From an uncultured Clostridium sp. (lineage in GTDB: Bacteria > Bacillota > Clostridia > TANB77 > CAG-508), in assembly GCA_964369695.1 (NCBI GenBank), contig CAYJGL010000002.1, positions 35 to 64,034 on the forward strand: DNA of 64,000 bases, written 5' to 3'. The translations under genes were made by a program, and so were the position numbers. The notes under the pieces were generated by a model, which was given only the letters and a program-made list of their open reading frames with translations, was not told the DNA's origin and searched no databases. Below are positions 62,305-64,000 of the stretch, one piece after another. The first letter of the stretch is position 1. The number at the start of each line of letters is the position of its first letter.

Positions 62305-63171
62305 TTATAAAAATATTATTTTTTCGATTTGCTTTGTTTCTATTAAATAGTTTATTTGCAAATTACTTTTTATATCTTCCATTGTTCTTCCGTGCATAGT
62401 AAATATTCCTTTTATACCTGCTGAAATAGCTTCTTGAATTGCTTCTACATCTTCTTTTGTCCCTATTTCATCACAAGCAATTATTTCAGGAGCCATACTT
62501 CTTATTAACATTTTCATACCTTTTGATTTAGATATATTTTCTATAACATCTGTACGTATTCCTAAATCATTTTGTAATATTCCCCTGTGAGATGCTGCTA
62601 ACTCACCTCTTTCATCAACAACCCCACATGTTTTCCCTTTGAAATTTATATTATCAATACCATTACTTAGCTTTCTTATTATATCTCTTAGCATTGTAGT
62701 TTTTCCTTTCCCCGGTGGTGATACTAATACTGTTGTATATATTTGATTGTTCTTTCTATCAATGATTTCTTTAATTATTTTATTACTACAATCTATAACT
62801 TGTCTTGCTATTCTAAAATTCAAACTTGTTATATATTTCATATTTATAACTTTATTTTCTTCGATAACAGCTGTTCCTGTTATACCTATTCTATGGCCAC
62901 CTTGTATTGTAATGTATCCATTACAAATTTGACTTTTATATGCATATATAGAATTTTCACATAATTTTTCTAACGTTTGTAATATTTCAGATGTTGTTAC
63001 ATTATATTCAATAACAATGTCTGCATCTCGCGTTTTTAATATTATTGGCTTGTTTATTCTTACTCGTATTTCTTCTAATTTACTTTCCAACTTACTATTC
63101 TTTATTAAAGCATTTCTGATTAACATATATATGCTGTTAGGAAAATATTCTAATACTTGCTGTAATAGCAT
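62305..63171 (-). CDS. spoIIIAA: stage III sporulation protein AA (ATPase)
   Basis: EEIRVRINKPI, Walker A VSPPGKGKTTMLRD, and VVDERGELA. Confidence 0.9.
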   Translation of the reverse strand: MLLQQVLEYFPNSIYMLIRNALIKNSKLESKLEEIRVRINKPIILKTRDADIVIEYNVTTSEILQTLEKLCENSIYAYKSQICNGYITIQGGHRIGITGTAVIEENKVINMKYITSLNFRIARQVIDCSNKIIKEIIDRKNNQIYTTVLVSPPGKGKTTMLRDIIRKLSNGIDNINFKGKTCGVVDERGELAASHRGILQNDLGIRTDVIENISKSKGMKMLIRSMAPEIIACDEIGTKEDVEAIQEAISAGIKGIFTMHGRTMEDIKSNLQINYLIETKQIEKIIFL

Positions 63172-63341
63172 AACTCTCTCTCCTTTAATTTCAATATATT
63201 TTACTTTTATATTTTAATATGCTTTACTATATGCTTATTTTTTATTTTTAGAACTATAATTAAAAGTTACTTAGTTATTAAATCTATCTATTCAAAATAA
63301 ATATACTAATATTTATTATTCAAAAATTTCTAAAACAATAT

Positions 63342-63377
63342 AAATGTCGTATTGAGATAATTCCCAATACGACATTT
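63342..63377. repeat. degenerate (AT-decayed) single-unit copy 4 of the palindromic repeat; terminator-like
   Basis: Perfect 13-bp arms aaatgtcgtattg / caatacgacattt. They align to the ATGTCGCATTGGGGA arm of copies 1-3 with G/C to A/T changes. It lies 24 nt after the stop of 63401..64000. Confidence 0.7.
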
Positions 63378-63400
63378 GTTATTATTTTATTGTTCTTTTA

Positions 63401-64000
63401 TTATTCTTTTATTATTATTACTCTATTAATTATTCCTAATTCTGATTTTTCAAATTCTATTTTATATGTTGCTGCCGGTTCTATTTGTTCTGTAATTACA
63501 ACTATATTTTCTTGTGTTGCTTCATATTCTTGACCATTAAAGTTTATACCTTCAATCTTATAACTTTGGTCTTCTTTTGCTATATTTACCGATATTGTTG
63601 TCATTAACCCTTTTACTGTTACTCCTTGCATATTTGTACCTTGATATCTCTCAAACTGACTATTATTCGCAGCTATTAGTACTCCATTCATTGATTCTTG
63701 CACACCATCAATATATGAATCTTCATCTTGTTCAGCACCATCTTCTTGATCTTCTGTATCTACTTCTTCTCTTTGATTGTTATTTACTGTATTCTCCGAA
63801 TTAATTTCATTTCTAAAAAACATATAGTTTAATGGATTATCTTTTTCATCAATTCCCAATTCATTCATTTGATTCTTATTTAGTTCTAGTAATTTTTGTT
63901 CTACATCTTCCAAAAATATTTTTCTCACATTACTACTTGGTTCACTTAAATACATTGTATTCTCATCATTAAACTCTTCTATAGTGGTATTTTCTATAAA
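63401..64000 (-). CDS. hypothetical protein, 5'-partial (the reading frame stays open to the window edge)
   Basis: There is no stop codon between 63955 and 64000 in frame. It has an acidic low-complexity middle (EEVDTEDQEDGAEQDEDS) and no recognised family. Confidence 0.5.
   Translation of the reverse strand, partial: FIENTTIEEFNDENTMYLSEPSSNVRKIFLEDVEQKLLELNKNQMNELGIDEKDNPLNYMFFRNEINSENTVNNNQREEVDTEDQEDGAEQDEDSYIDGVQESMNGVLIAANNSQFERYQGTNMQGVTVKGLMTTISVNIAKEDQSYKIEGINFNGQEYEATQENIVVITEQIEPAATYKIEFEKSELGIINRVIIIKE

Noticed and set aside
63172-63400. A possible sigmaE/sigmaG-type sporulation promoter upstream of spoIIIAA, with CATATAGT on the minus strand at 63233..63226.
   Set aside because: Only a loose resemblance to the CATACA-T -10 element exists. 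I could not find a convincing -35 at appropriate spacing, and AT-rich sequence yields such matches easily.

Overview
This is a very AT-rich window, roughly a quarter G+C by eye (not computed). It comes from an endospore-forming, cell-walled Firmicute (Clostridia-like), and the standard genetic code fits. Every convincing CDS except one (23325..23753) lies on the minus strand with short gaps, so the window reads as a run of co-directional operons. I saw no rRNA, tRNA, CRISPR, transposase or integrase.

Housekeeping content:
- folA and a divergent SecD/SecF-like pair
- hemW-whiA-prmC
- ftsH, alr and a FemAB-family gene
- a gap-pgk-tpiA-gpmI glycolytic cluster
- apt, murI and comFC
- greA, pta-ackA and pfk
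- a complete spoIIIAA-AH sporulation operon

The main finding is a ~23.7 kb minus-strand operon (28685..52331). It has its own regulatory region, located after the greA terminator.
- It contains a full F1-type ATPase set in canonical order: c, b/delta-like, alpha, gamma, beta, epsilon.
- Its c subunit has no membrane carboxylate, no a subunit is present, and epsilon lacks its C-terminal helical domain.
- This ATPase set sits between four N-terminally anchored surface proteins of 264, 484, ~1843 and 3396 aa.
- I interpret it as a non-chemiosmotic, ATP-hydrolysing F1-like motor coupled to giant surface proteins. The known analogues are the Mollicutes F1-like ATPase systems, but here the host is a spore former.

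Second theme: a GC-rich palindromic repeat family with 4 copies. One copy sits exactly between the Shine-Dalgarno sequence and the start codon of spoIIIAB.

Other notes:
- a terminator inside the greA leader
- an orphan EsaG/YezG (DUF600) immunity gene fused onto the end of the glycolytic operon
- a stand-alone KAP NTPase
- paralogous GT-C-like membrane proteins
- several consensus sigmaA-type promoters

All family calls come from motif recognition by eye. No searches were run, and hand-counted coordinates of small sites may be off by 1-2 nt.
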